Program-made: the position numbers and the translations under genes
Assembly: GCF_002105155.1 (NCBI RefSeq)
Contig: NW_019029021.1
Span: forward strand, 124,001-188,000
Direction: 5' to 3'
Source of the DNA: Lobosporangium transversale
Lineage: Eukaryota
Length of the DNA stretch: 64,000 nucleotides
Part shown: piece after piece, positions 23,931 through 35,442 of the stretch
How positions within the stretch are numbered: the first letter of the stretch is position 1
Layout: the number at the start of each line of letters is the position of its first letter
Notes under the pieces: model-generated
What the model was told of the DNA's origin: nothing
The model's input: the letters and a program-made list of their open reading frames with translations, nothing else
The model's database searches: none

Positions 23931-24713
23931 CTACAAGCTTTGATTCCATTGGTCGGCATAGAGCATCCAGTCTTGTCCCTGGTTTCCACCCGTGAATCCA
24001 AGTTGGTTATGGGTCGGGTTGAATCTAGCGTGGTCAGGCTGGGAGTAGCCTTGTGAGGTGACAATGGGTGTTGGTACCCAGGGATGCACCGGATATGAAC
24101 CCATGAATGGAAGCAGAGTCGAGTCGAGCATTACATGGTTAGACTGGAGGTGGGGACCTTGTGGAATGGCAGAGGGCATAGACGCCAAGACTGGTTCCTG
24201 ACTCGGACCCGCGGATGACAATTGGCCATACTGGTTGAATCTATCAACATTGTCCTGATAGCCAATATACGGGTGTAGCTGTTGTATACCTTGTAGCTGC
24301 CTTGGCAACTGTGACGCTAATTGAGATGCCTTTTTCTTGCATATTTTTGTATCCCTATGTCTCTTCAGCGTGTCGGGCCTAAAACATTTGGTGCCACATC
24401 TATCACAGATCCATACTCTTCTCTTTTCTTTGGAGAGATGTGTCTGGTAGTGGCGTTCAAAGTCTATTGACCTTGAAGTTTTGCGGTTGCAAATAGGACA
24501 ACTATAGGACTTGTTGGCCTTCTTAGCTTCTTTGACTGGAGCTTTGGAGCTTTGGATAGTCAGGTGATGAGACGGATCACCATTGGGTTCATGGACTTCT
24601 GAATTAAGGAGGAGTGAGATTTTTTGTGCATGATCGGAAGAATTGTCTGACTCCAAGCACACGAAGTCTTTTGACGGACTTGATGTAGATCTTGACCATT
24701 TTAGCACTGCCAT
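23931..24713 (-). CDS. Zinc-finger protein with two fingers (C2H2 + C2HC), paralogue of 26914-28272
   Basis: Probable ATG at 24713 (MAVLKWSRS, matching MAALKRSRS of the paralogue); CPIC..HYQTH and CDRC..RHRDTKIC. Confidence 0.8.
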   Translation of the reverse strand: MAVLKWSRSTSSPSKDFVCLESDNSSDHAQKISLLLNSEVHEPNGDPSHHLTIQSSKAPVKEAKKANKSYSCPICNRKTSRSIDFERHYQTHLSKEKRRVWICDRCGTKCFRPDTLKRHRDTKICKKKASQLASQLPRQLQGIQQLHPYIGYQDNVDRFNQYGQLSSAGPSQEPVLASMPSAIPQGPHLQSNHVMLDSTLLPFMGSYPVHPWVPTPIVTSQGYSQPDHARFNPTHNQLGFTGGNQGQDWMLYADQWNQSL

Positions 24714-26202
24714 GGCTAAGAAAGATAATAGTACGTTGAGTGCAGAAGGCAGTATAAAAAGAGTTAAAGAAAGGGCTGTGAGATGGACAAAGTGAAAGTG
24801 AAGAGTGAAGAATGATGGATGAATGAGTGAATGAAGAGAAGTAAAAAATGAAAAGAATGAAAAGAATGAAAAATGACGAATGACGGATGAAGAAGAATGT
24901 CGAAGGTGAAGGTAAGAAAATTTCAAACGACAAACATCAAGTAAATGTAAATATATAATATCTGTGCCGTTGATTTTCTGCAAGGTGCCGTTGAATAACT
25001 ATTAGATGCCGTAGAAAATCTATTGATGGTGCCACACAAAATAAATTATTCCAAACGGAGGATGTGCAACAGACATTGTCGGAAATATACGACACGTGGG
25101 TTTTCACGCACGCGAGCATTTTTTTTAACTTTCGACCATCAATCAGATTTTAGAATTAAGATTGGTTTGAGCAAATGATATTGCAGAGTTGTTCGAATTA
25201 CTATATTATACTGTACACAGTTCGCTAATAAAACGGTTTCGGTTACGGGTAAAAGATACAATAGATGACAATGGAGTACAGGAATGATAAACCTGAGGGA
25301 GGGTGATGCCTCATGCGCGGATGCGGGCCTTTTTTAGCATGGGAGGAGTGAAAGAGCAGACTAGCGATGCCTGACGCGAGCGTGCCTCTGGAGCAAGTCT
25401 TTCCTGATAAATTCCTTGTTACTAAAAATCATATGGCATATAATATCTTCATGATGAGTATCATCCGGCAATAGTTCAGCTCCATGATTTCAGGATTGGA
25501 CCTTATAAATAGTAAGCACCCTTAGAGCTTTAGCATGCTTAGTCCCCAATTGATACCAGCATCCATTGGACACGTCCCATTTCTTTAAGGAATACTATGA
25601 TACAATAGGCTAGGAAATTAGTCTACAAAATTTGTTCCGCTGTTGATTATTATTTGCCAACGTAACACATACACATTTGAATAGCTTTACTGCTGCACCA
25701 TCTGCTAGTGTCAAGCTATCGCTTGCTGGACAGCCGGTTGAAGAAATGGAAACGAATAATAGAGAACCTTTTCCTCATATGATTTTTAGTCGCTTTCACT
25801 TAACATACCTCTCTCAAGAATAAAATACGTTCTATGAAATCGCAGCCGTAGCATCAATGAGACATGGGCTTTTGCACTGCTATGCTGAATCTAAGTAAAA
25901 GTAAAGAATTGATTTTTCCGGACTTCATCTCCAAAACTGGGTGATTGACTAGTTGACTAGTTGTAGTAATTTTCCTAAATAATATTGCAGTAATGGTGGT
26001 AGGTCATATCCTCTCAAGCTAGTAGCTCTTCTAACAAGACCAAAAGGTACCATGGGGGCAGCATCCATGACAATGCATCAGGTTCTTGTTGGGATATGTT
26101 AAAAATAAAACATTCACTCAGTTTTGTGTGTTAGTGAATATATGAAGAGGAAATGATGAAGTAATAAAAGGATGTCATTTTTTTCTTTCTATTTTCTTTT
26201 TT

Positions 26203-26238
<36 letters not shown>

Positions 26239-26913
26239 CACAATAATTAAGAAGAGAGTGTAGGTAATAAGTCCCATTTCCCTGTGAACCTTTGGTATTA
26301 AAAAAAAAACTAAAGAGACAATGGTGGAGGGAGGAGTATAGAAATAATAAATTTAGGTAAACTCTAGTCAATAACAGAATTGGCTTCAGTCTGGGAAAAG
26401 GATCAGGCTCAGATGGCTGGACCAACCTTTCATAAACAATCAAGGGAATTGCATTAATGGATGTGGGCCGTCTCTGTGTAAAAGTGCAAACTTATATGGT
26501 AAACCTTATTTATGGGTCGAGGGAGTCGTTCCAGTTAGCACTTTAACAGTAGCAATAAGTCCCAAGGAAATTATTGCATTCAAACAGAATCGATTGTATC
26601 TTGCGTCCTTCTGGGTATAGTAATTATTGTTGGTTTATTCATAATTATAGTAATGTTATTATATCTATATCTATTAGGTATCAAGTATTAAGTATTAAAT
26701 AAGGATAGGGTGTTGCAGACTAATGAGGGCGGCCAGAGGAGCAAGCGAAGTGTTTGATGAATTTTGCATGCCTGTATGCGCCTTGAGCGAGCCTTTTCTT
26801 GTGTAATGTCAGCCGCATTGAGTGCTGTGTATCTTCACTGAGGTTCCCATTATACAGAGTAAGCATCCACAGTGTTGGTCACTGTCTTCAGCTGAGCTAA
26901 CGTGCTACAGGCT

Positions 26914-27616
26914 TCAATTCCATTGGCCGGCATAGAGCATCCAGTCTTGCCCTTGGATTCCGCCCCCGAATCCAAGTTGGTTATGGGTCAGGTTGATTCT
27001 GGCGTCGTCAGGCTGGGAGTAGTAGTCTTGTGAGGTGACAATGGGTGTTGGTACCAAGGCTTGTCCCTGGCTCATATTTATAAGTTGGACTTCATACTGA
27101 GTCTGGCCCAGCTCATGGTTAGGCTGGTGGTAGCCTTGTGGAAAAGGAAAGGATGTTGGTGCCGAGGGATGCACCTGACATGAACCCATGGATGGAACTT
27201 GAAGCAGAGTCGAGTCGAGCATTACATGGTTAGACTGGAGGTGGGGATCTTGTGGAATGCCAAAGGGCATAGACGCCAAGACTTGTCCCTGACTTGGACC
27301 CGCGGATGACCATTGGCCATACTGGTTGAATCCATCAACATTATTCTGATAGCCAGTATGTGAGTATAGCTGTTGTTGTTGTACACCTTGTAATTGCTCT
27401 CCTTGCCATTGTGACATATTAGGCACGGCTGGTTGAAACGGCTCGTATCCAATGACGCCAGGCTGAGAGGAGGGATCTTGCGGATTGACAAAGGGCATTG
27501 GTACCGAGGATTGTTCCTGACTCGGAGGCGCGAGTGGCGGTTGGCTATACTGGTTGGATTCACCGACATCCATCTGATAACCAGTGTGTGAGTTTGGCTG
27601 CTGTTGCTGCTGCTGC

Positions 27617-27668
<52 letters not shown>

Positions 27669-28272
27669 GCTGTACACATTGTAGCTCCCCTTGCTGCAAC
27701 TGCGACATATTAGGCATAGTTAATTGAGACGATCCTTGTTCAATAATCGTAGGGTTAAATAGAGTCGGTTGGAAAGCAGCTTCTTGGGAGGCCAAATTAA
27801 ATTGCTTTGCTCCTTTGCATTTTTTTGCATGCCTTGGGACCGAATCCTGTCTTGAAAAGTTTAAGTCACACCCATTACACTTCCATCTTTTGATCTCCTC
27901 TCTGGGGCGATGTGTCTGGGAATGGCGGTTGAGATCTGCTTTCCTGTTAGTCTTGTACTTGCAATTGGGCTGTCCGCAATTAAAGGCTTTATCTTTGTCG
28001 TGATTAATGATATGGGCCTTGAGATTGGAAGCGTTGCTCTGGGACCTGTCGCAAATGTGACAAATGTGTTTGTTAGCCCTCGCAGCTTCCTTGGCCGGTG
28101 CATTGGGGTTTTGGATACTCAAGCATTGATCTGGGTCTTCTGCAGGTTCGTGGACCTCTGAATTGAGAAGGAGTGGGATTTCTTGTGCGCGATCGGGGGA
28201 ATTGTCTGGCTCCAAGCACACGGAGTCTTTTGACGGACTTGGTGCAGACCTTGACCTTTTTAACGCTGCCAT
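26914..28272 (-). CDS. Zinc-finger protein with three fingers and a poly-Q / Q-P-rich tail
   Basis: ATG at 28272; CHIC..HIINH, CGQPNC..HSQTH, CNGC..RHAKKC; (CAA/CAG)n at ~27597-27672. Confidence 0.88.
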
Positions 28273-28799
28273 GATTAGGAAAGATAGTTTTTTCTCAAAG
28301 TTGCCGCGTGTATGAAAGAGGAATAGACACCTGTCCAAACAAGGTGCAGAGGGCAATATAAAGAGAAGTTGAGAAAGGGTTGTGGGACGGGGTGGAAGCT
28401 GGAGAGTGAAGAGTGAATAATAAACGATGAACGATGGGCGATGAATGATGAATGATGAACGATGAACGATGGATGAACGATAAATGCTGAATGTGAATGG
28501 TGAATGCTGAGGAATGAAGAGTATTGAGCGTGAAGAGCGAACATATCCCTATACGACAAACACTAGACAAAAATATACCTGCACTGTGCCGCAAACATTT
28601 ATTGACATTGGTCCTTTGCCGCAAAGGTCATTGTTCATTCCTTTATAATTATTCCCGGCTTCTTCCAGACCCCCAAAGCTTCGATCTCCAAGAGGCATGG
28701 TCTGGGTATCTTTGGAAGTAAGTCATTAGAGGAAATGCTTCACAGGCGGTGGTGTGATAATAATGTTCAACAACTAAAGCGCGAAACAACAAGTCTTCC

Positions 28800-29174
28800 T
28801 CAGGTATAAATGGTGTGTCCAGGCAACCGAGTATTTCCGCAGCACATTTGCAAATTATTTCTAATTGCTTTTTTTAGTGTGACGCGATTTAACTCATTAA
28901 ATTTCAAAGCGCAGCCATCCCACGGGCGACCGAGAGGTCTTTCTGATGAGATGTGTTCTTCGGTGTGGGCCAAGATTAGAGGATGAGGTTGCAATTTTTC
29001 CGCAAATGTCGCAGAAGAAACCCGCTCTGCTTGATTAGCTTGATTAGCATTATTATCGCACCCCTCTATGTCGTTTGCCTCATTCTGATCTCCCTCGTTC
29101 ATACTGGGAAGTAAACTAAGATCTTGTGATAGATGCTGAAGTAATTGTGGCTGTTTTTGCTGTGCTCTAAGCAT
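28800..29174 (-). pseudogene. Decayed C2H2 zinc-finger paralogue
   Basis: MLRAQQKQPQLL start resembles the 33971 ORF; an alternative frame reads FCDICGKIATSSSNLGPHRRTH, then a frameshift leads to SERPLGRPWDGC (cf. SERPFGCTWDGC). Confidence 0.75.
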
Positions 29175-30004
29175 TTTCTGATTTTAGGATTGGGCCCTGT
29201 AGCTATTATCCTCGACAATTCTATAGTCGCGTAACACCCTACTTGACCTCCAATTGACGTTGAATACATGCCATCCTATAAGGATTATGATGATACAATA
29301 GACTAAGAAAGAATTGAATCAAAGTATTAAAGTGGAATAAAAATAATAATAAAAAAAAAAACTTATACTCCTATTCATTTTCTACTTTTATTTTAATGAA
29401 AGCTATAACTGGCGACTGTAACCATGATAGTATCTGGATACTATACTCGAGTGCTAACCAATTATGCATTACTTGCTAGGGTTCTGCCTATTGAGGTAGC
29501 TCTACACCCTTACGTATCCCAGGGACGAGCTTTGGTCCCCTTTCCGTCCCTTTTTATCCAATACAACCGTCCTCCTTCCCCATTCCTTCGCACAACGGCT
29601 GCGACATGCATGTTTGAAAGCGAGAGAGGGAGGAAATGGTGGGTTTTGAAAGAAGAAGTGTTTAGTCAGACCCAGTCGCACTGGATGGGCAGCTTTTTTT
29701 TTTTTTTTTTTTTTTTTTGATGTAGGAAGAGGAAAAATATCACATCGGCTTTTCCTATCCAATCCAGAATGTACCTTGTTTGAGAATAGTTCAACCAGAT
29801 AGTTCTTAATGTGCCTCTTATCAATCTGTTTGGCATGGCTCAAGTAGAGATTGGGGGGTTTTTTTTGGTGGTAAGGAAAGGGTCCATAACATCATGTTCG
29901 TCCTCGTAATACTAAAAAAGCAATGGGGGTTGCTTCTCTCGCATCACACATGATAAAAGTGAAATAAAGGCTCAAGTGCTCTCGCCTGGAGGGAAGACAT
30001 TGAT

Positions 30005-30511
30005 ACTCAAGGAGGACAGCAGTGTGATGAGCGGTCAAATAATCAACATGGACAATATGCTGCTGCGACTCCATCAGGCCAGTCTTCTTCTCTCGAAGCC
30101 TTTCCCTCCTCATATACCTTCGAAACATCCTACCGCATTGTACGCAAACATGTTTGCCATATTTGCGGTAAAGCCACAACTACATCTTCTAACCTCAATA
30201 CACACATAAGAACACACCGCCCTCCATCAGAAAAGCCTTATGGCTGTACGTGGAAGGACTGCAAGGCAAGATACAATAGAAAGGCTGAGTTCAACCGCCA
30301 TCTCGAAACGCATCAACGCAGGACCGGTAGATACAAGTGTGATTTATGTGGCCAAGGGTTCACCAGGAAAGACTCGCTTCTCAGACACACTCGCACCAAG
30401 CATCACAAGCCTGGTCTGTCATCTGACGAGTATGGGCTTCCAAACAGTGCAAGTAATCCCGCATCTGGGTCCAGAGCCACCACTCTTCCCTCTCTTGAGA
30501 CACATTTCTAA
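30005..30511 (+). pseudogene. 5'-truncated inverted copy of the three-finger gene at 33234-33971
   Basis: Identical finger-coding sequence; no in-frame ATG after the upstream TGA at 29960; a spliced 5' exon cannot be excluded. Confidence 0.7.
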
Positions 30512-30803
30512 AAGATGGAGAAAAATCCAACTTTATCATTCTTATACCTCACTGTCAATCATTGTGTCTTTCTTTATTTATTTTTTTTTTTTCGATAATT
30601 ACTTTACACTACTCTATTAGATCCCATCGGCATTTCCCCCCTGTATAAACATCTGTCTCTTTTATATCCCTCCTATTCATTTTTATGTTCGCTTTTAGTT
30701 TAATTTGTTTATTTCGGTTTAACCTTAGGAATAAGATAATAACAATAAAGGGATAGCTAATGGCGATGATGATGTTACTTGTAGACCGTACTCATGATGG
30801 ACT
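30027..30803 (+). repeat. Left arm of ~0.78 kb inverted duplication (partner 32942-33718)
   Basis: ORF 30240..30620 mirrors 33125..33505 (sum 63745); short diverged homology flanks the identical core. Confidence 0.95.
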
Positions 30804-31820
30804 TGCCGGATATTGAATGCTATTGAGTTTGCTCTGCATCCTCAAATATTCCTGATTTCTTTCTCTCTTTATCCAGTGCAACCGTCTACCTTCACTCCTT
30901 CGCATACCAATTGTGACATGTCTATTTGAAAGGAGGGAGAAAAAGCGGGGGCTTTAAAAGCAAAGATGGTTAGTCGATCCCAATATCTGCTTTGTATCCT
31001 ACAAACAACCATTACGTTTGTACTGGATGGGTAGGATTTTTTTTTTTTTTTTGTTCCTTTACTCATCATTCAGGCTTGAAAGGAACAAAATATTTTGAAA
31101 GAAAAAGAAGAGAAAAAGAGGAGAAAACATATCAGAAGTTTTCCCTTCCTATTTCAGCATGAACCTTTTTAGAGAATGCTATACCCAGATGGATTTTCAT
31201 TGCACTTTTTGGTACTCTATATCAATCCTTATAACATGATTCAGCTAAAGATTGTATCTGAATACTCAAGCTTTTATACACATTTTGCTTTTCTTTTGGA
31301 TCTCGATTTACCATGTTCCTCATATACGAAATGTCGACTGTCTAAGTGCAAGCTGTCTTTGTGCAGACTTTTGGTAAATGCACTTGTAGAAAGAGACACA
31401 ATTAATTGCTCAATTCCTTCGCGTGTTCCTAAAAGCACACTCTCTGCTTTAATTCCAAGGCAAGCGACAGCATAGAAACCGAGTGGCGGCGTAATGACTG
31501 CGGTAAAAATGGACATTTGTTTGTGAAATCTTGATCTTCAAAAGCGTCCTCTTTCATTTGGTCACAAACATGTTCTATTATTGGTTGGCTCCGAATTTTG
31601 ACGCACTGACAATTACCATACCTGATACACCACTTGGGTGGTGTAATTTATTTTTTTTTTTTAAATACTCCATTTTTCCATTTCTCTCTCCCTAGACACG
31701 TCCTCCGCATACTCTCTCCATCTGGCTCAAACTACTGCAGCCTACACTCTCTTTGAATTCAATACTACGTACCAATATCTCATAAAAAAAGGCATACTTC
31801 ATTGCCGCCGCTGACCAACA

Positions 31821-32483
31821 ATGAATAACAGCAGCAAAAAAGAACACAGAATCTCGACTGGAGATACCTCTGATGGATCGCCCCCTTTACCGTTACTCGA
31901 ATCCTACACAGTCGACTTGAGCGAGGACTTAGTCCCACAGTATAGCGTCGATGAGCCTCAAGAGTTTCTTCTGCTCCAGCGGCAGCGGCTACTGGAGACA
32001 CAAACTCGACAAAGGATTTGGCTGCTACTAGAACATCAGCAAGCATGGCTCAGCCTATGCCAGTGGCATATTCCTCTAGTGCAGGAGGGGAAGGAGCACC
32101 TACAGCAATTGCAACAACAAATACTGGAGGAGGAGAAGTACCTGCGTCAATTGCAACAACAACTATGGGATAACCTATTTTTTAGGTTTTCCCTACACCC
32201 TGGATATATTCAGCATGGTCAGCACATCTGCTGTGTTTGCGGTAAGGCCGCTACTACAGCCTCGAACTTGAGAGCTCACGAAAAAATCCACCTTTCTCCA
32301 TCAGAAAGACCTTTTGGCTGTACGTGGGATGGCTGCGAATCGAGATTCAATAGAAAGGCCGAGCTCAAACGACATCTTGGGACACACCAGCCTGGAGCCA
32401 CTACATTCGAATGTGACAGATGTGGTGAAAAGTTTACCAGAAAAGATTCACTTGTCAGGCACACTCGTATCAAGCATCACTAA
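31821..32483 (+). CDS. C2H2 zinc-finger protein (Q/L-rich coil + three fingers)
   Basis: CCVC..HEKIH, CTWDGC..HLGTH, CDRC..HTRIKH. Confidence 0.88.
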   Translation: MNNSSKKEHRISTGDTSDGSPPLPLLESYTVDLSEDLVPQYSVDEPQEFLLLQRQRLLETQTRQRIWLLLEHQQAWLSLCQWHIPLVQEGKEHLQQLQQQILEEEKYLRQLQQQLWDNLFFRFSLHPGYIQHGQHICCVCGKAATTASNLRAHEKIHLSPSERPFGCTWDGCESRFNRKAELKRHLGTHQPGATTFECDRCGEKFTRKDSLVRHTRIKHH

Positions 32484-33233
32484 CCTGGTTCCTTACCTGA
32501 CAAGTGTAGTCCTCCAATCAATATAAGTATTCCTGAATCCAATTCCTCATAGAGTAACAGAGCCTCGGCCACTTTCCTCTCAATTGATCTATCATTCTGT
32601 CCCTTACAGACCTTTTGTCCATTCCTCTTATATCCCTATATATCCAACATCAACGCAGCAAAGGAATGTTTTGGCTTCGTATAGATTCAATAAAAGTTAT
32701 TTAAAGGAATGGAATAGATAATTGATCAAGCTAGTCTCGTCAGCAGCCCGAGTGCTCATTTAATAAGGCATAGGGAAACGGTCCTCATTCTTATGTCAAG
32801 ATCGTTCACCTTTCCAAGTTGAAAGGAGTATACACCGCATTACTATATGTTCATCGTCACGTGCCTTTTATTGTAACCCATTCCACTACGAACACAGATT
32901 TGAGGGTGCAGAGCACACTCAATAACATCCAATATCCGGCGAGTCCATCATGAGTACGGTCTACAAGTAACATCATCATCGCCATTAGCTATCCCTTTAT
33001 TGTTATTATCTTATTCCTAAGGTTAAACCGAAATAAACAAATTAAACTAAAAGCGAACATAAAAATGAATAGGAGGGATATAAAAGAGACAGATGTTTAT
33101 ACAGGGGGGAAATGCCGATGGGATCTAATAGAGTAGTGTAAAGTAATTATCGAAAAAAAAAAAATAAATAAAGAAAGACACAATGATTGACAGTGAGGTA
33201 TAAGAATGATAAAGTTGGATTTTTCTCCATCTT

Positions 33234-33971
33234 TTAGAAATGTGTCTCAAGAGAGGGAAGAGTGGTGGCTCTGGACCCAGATGCGGGATTACTTGCACTG
33301 TTTGGAAGCCCATACTCGTCAGATGACAGACCAGGCTTGTGATGCTTGGTGCGAGTGTGTCTGAGAAGCGAGTCTTTCCTGGTGAACCCTTGGCCACATA
33401 AATCACACTTGTATCTACCGGTCCTGCGTTGATGCGTTTCGAGATGGCGGTTGAACTCAGCCTTTCTATTGTATCTTGCCTTGCAGTCCTTCCACGTACA
33501 GCCATAAGGCTTTTCTGATGGAGGGCGGTGTGTTCTTATGTGTGTATTGAGGTTAGAAGATGTAGTTGTGGCTTTACCGCAAATATGGCAAACATGTTTG
33601 CGTACAATGCGGTAGGATGTTTCGAAGGTATATGAGGAGGGAAAGGCTTCGAGAGAAGAAGACTGGCCTGATGGAGTCGCAGCAGCATATTGTCCATGTT
33701 GATTATTTGACCGCTCATTACGCTGCTGTTCTCTTTGAGTAAAGTTTGCATCGTCTTGAGTAGTGGCACGATCGCCATTAGATCTTGCTGCTTGTGGTTG
33801 ATTGCGTCTGACGGTTACTGTATTATCTGAAGCTGCATTATGGTACGGCAACTGTTGGTATTGTACGTGATTAAGATCATTGACTTTCGTGCTAATGTTA
33901 AGGGGCAAGTTTAGCTGTTGTATTAGCTGTTGTATTAGGAGCTGCTGTTTTTGTTGCTGCACTTTTAGCAT
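33234..33971 (-). CDS. C2H2 zinc-finger protein (three fingers); probably the 3' part of a larger fusion gene
   Basis: CHIC..HIRTH, CTWKDC..HLETH, CDLC..HTRTKH; in frame with the upstream SEL1 ORF across a single TAA. Confidence 0.8.
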   Translation of the reverse strand: MLKVQQQKQQLLIQQLIQQLNLPLNISTKVNDLNHVQYQQLPYHNAASDNTVTVRRNQPQAARSNGDRATTQDDANFTQREQQRNERSNNQHGQYAAATPSGQSSSLEAFPSSYTFETSYRIVRKHVCHICGKATTTSSNLNTHIRTHRPPSEKPYGCTWKDCKARYNRKAEFNRHLETHQRRTGRYKCDLCGQGFTRKDSLLRHTRTKHHKPGLSSDEYGLPNSASNPASGSRATTLPSLETHF

Positions 33972-34019
33972 TTGTTGTAGTTGTTCAGTCGCTTCCAGTA
34001 AATGACCCCCTGGCGTATA

Positions 34020-35054
34020 TTATAGGACCTCTTTACCGCCCTCATACGAATCATCTAGTTCCATCTGAGTGTCATCAAAGCCTTGCTCGACCTCGATAGC
34101 CTGGTCACTACCTTTTGAGCGATCTTTAGGAATGCCTTCATCTTCAGCCTGCACTGTAGCTTGCTTAAACTGAGTATTGTCTTCTTCATCTGACTCAGAA
34201 TCCCAGCTATACCTACCCTCAGCAACCATCCGGTCTAGCTCGTCAAGAAACGCTGCCCTGACATACCACTCGGCAGCTTTCGAATCAACTTGAGGCGCTC
34301 CTTTGCCAAAATAGTATATCTCGCCTAGCTCATACTGAGACGATGCACACTCTTGGTTAGCTGCCTTGAGGCACCAGTCAAACGCTTTTGAGTAATCTTG
34401 AGCCACTCCTTGGCCCCGATAGTACATCACGCCTAGACTATACTGAGAATTAATGTCTCCTTGGTTGGCTGACTTGAGGTACCAGTCAAACGCTTTTGAG
34501 TAATCTTGAGGTACTCCTTTGCCAAAATAGTACATCTCGCCTAGCATTGTCTGAGAATGGGCATATCCTTGGTCGGCTGCCTTGAGGTACCAGTCAAACG
34601 CTTTTGAGTAATCTTGAGTCACTCCTTGGCCCCGATAGTACATCACGCCTAGACTATACTGAGAATTAATGTCTCCTTGGTTGGCTGCCTTGAGGTACCA
34701 GTCAAACGCTTTTGAGTAATCTTGAGCCACTCCTTGGCCCCGATAGTACATCTCGCCTAGATTACACTGAGAATGGGCATATCCTTGGTTGGCTGCCTTG
34801 AGGTACCAGTCAAACGCTTTTGAGTAATCTTGAGGTACTCCTTTGCCAAAATAGTATATCTCGCCTAGCATTGTCTGAGAATGGGCATATCCTTGGTCGG
34901 CTACCTTGAGGTACCAGTCAAACGCTTTTGAGTAATCTTGAGCCACTCCTTGGCCCCGATAGTACATCTCGCCTAGATTATACTGAGAATTAATGTCTCC
35001 TTGGTTGGCTGCTTTGAGGTTCCTTTCAAAATCTTCCGAGTCATTCTGTTCCAC
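34020..35054 (-). CDS. Sel1-like repeat (SLR) region, seven 36-aa units; lacks its own upstream ATG, probably an internal segment of a disrupted fusion
   Basis: KAANQG...SQY.LG.MYY.G.GV.QDYSKAFDWYL repeated; 108-bp near-identical DNA repeats at ~34260-35015. Confidence 0.85.
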   Translation of the reverse strand: MEQNDSEDFERNLKAANQGDINSQYNLGEMYYRGQGVAQDYSKAFDWYLKVADQGYAHSQTMLGEIYYFGKGVPQDYSKAFDWYLKAANQGYAHSQCNLGEMYYRGQGVAQDYSKAFDWYLKAANQGDINSQYSLGVMYYRGQGVTQDYSKAFDWYLKAADQGYAHSQTMLGEMYYFGKGVPQDYSKAFDWYLKSANQGDINSQYSLGVMYYRGQGVAQDYSKAFDWCLKAANQECASSQYELGEIYYFGKGAPQVDSKAAEWYVRAAFLDELDRMVAEGRYSWDSESDEEDNTQFKQATVQAEDEGIPKDRSKGSDQAIEVEQGFDDTQMELDDSYEGGKEVL

Positions 35055-35442
35055 CTGCTGTACTATTTTGTCGCTGCTGTTCTAGCCACTGTTCTTTCTG
35101 TTCTAATGTCTTTCCCTGCGATGACTCTAGTATAAGTTGCTCCAATTCTATTTGTCGCCGTTGTACCTCATACAGTTGCTGCAATTGTTCTAGTCGACGA
35201 GTATGCTTCTGGCTCAACTCTTCAAGCCGTTGTTGACACCGTTGGCTCTGCTGACTCTTTCGTAGGTCCTGCTGCTTCTGCTGGTGCTGTTGTGTTTGCT
35301 GCTTCCAGTAGCCCTCTAGTTGGTTTGGATAGTCATAATGAGAGGTCGGAACTAAGGTAGAATCAGGTATAGAGTCCGGAAGGACTATGGCCAATACATC
35401 ATACTCTTGGGTGAGGCCGTTGGACTGTTGAGTAGAGCTCAT
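35041..35442 (-). CDS. Q-rich coiled-coil segment; probable N-terminus of the SEL1/zinc-finger fusion
   Basis: ATG at 35442; removing one base from the A4 run at 35066-35069 joins it in frame to the SEL1 ORF (QQRQIVQQVEQNDSE). Confidence 0.6.
   Translation of the reverse strand: MSSTQQSNGLTQEYDVLAIVLPDSIPDSTLVPTSHYDYPNQLEGYWKQQTQQHQQKQQDLRKSQQSQRCQQRLEELSQKHTRRLEQLQQLYEVQRRQIELEQLILESSQGKTLEQKEQWLEQQRQNSTAGGTE

Noticed and set aside
24714..24983. Hydrophobic N-terminal extension of the zinc-finger ORF (similar at 28273-28356)
   Set aside because: Translation of a pyrimidine-rich 5' leader; the paralogues agree on the downstream ATG
34260..35015. Regular 108-bp repeats as a CRISPR-like array
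   Set aside because: In-frame coding SEL1 units with no unique spacers, in a eukaryotic context
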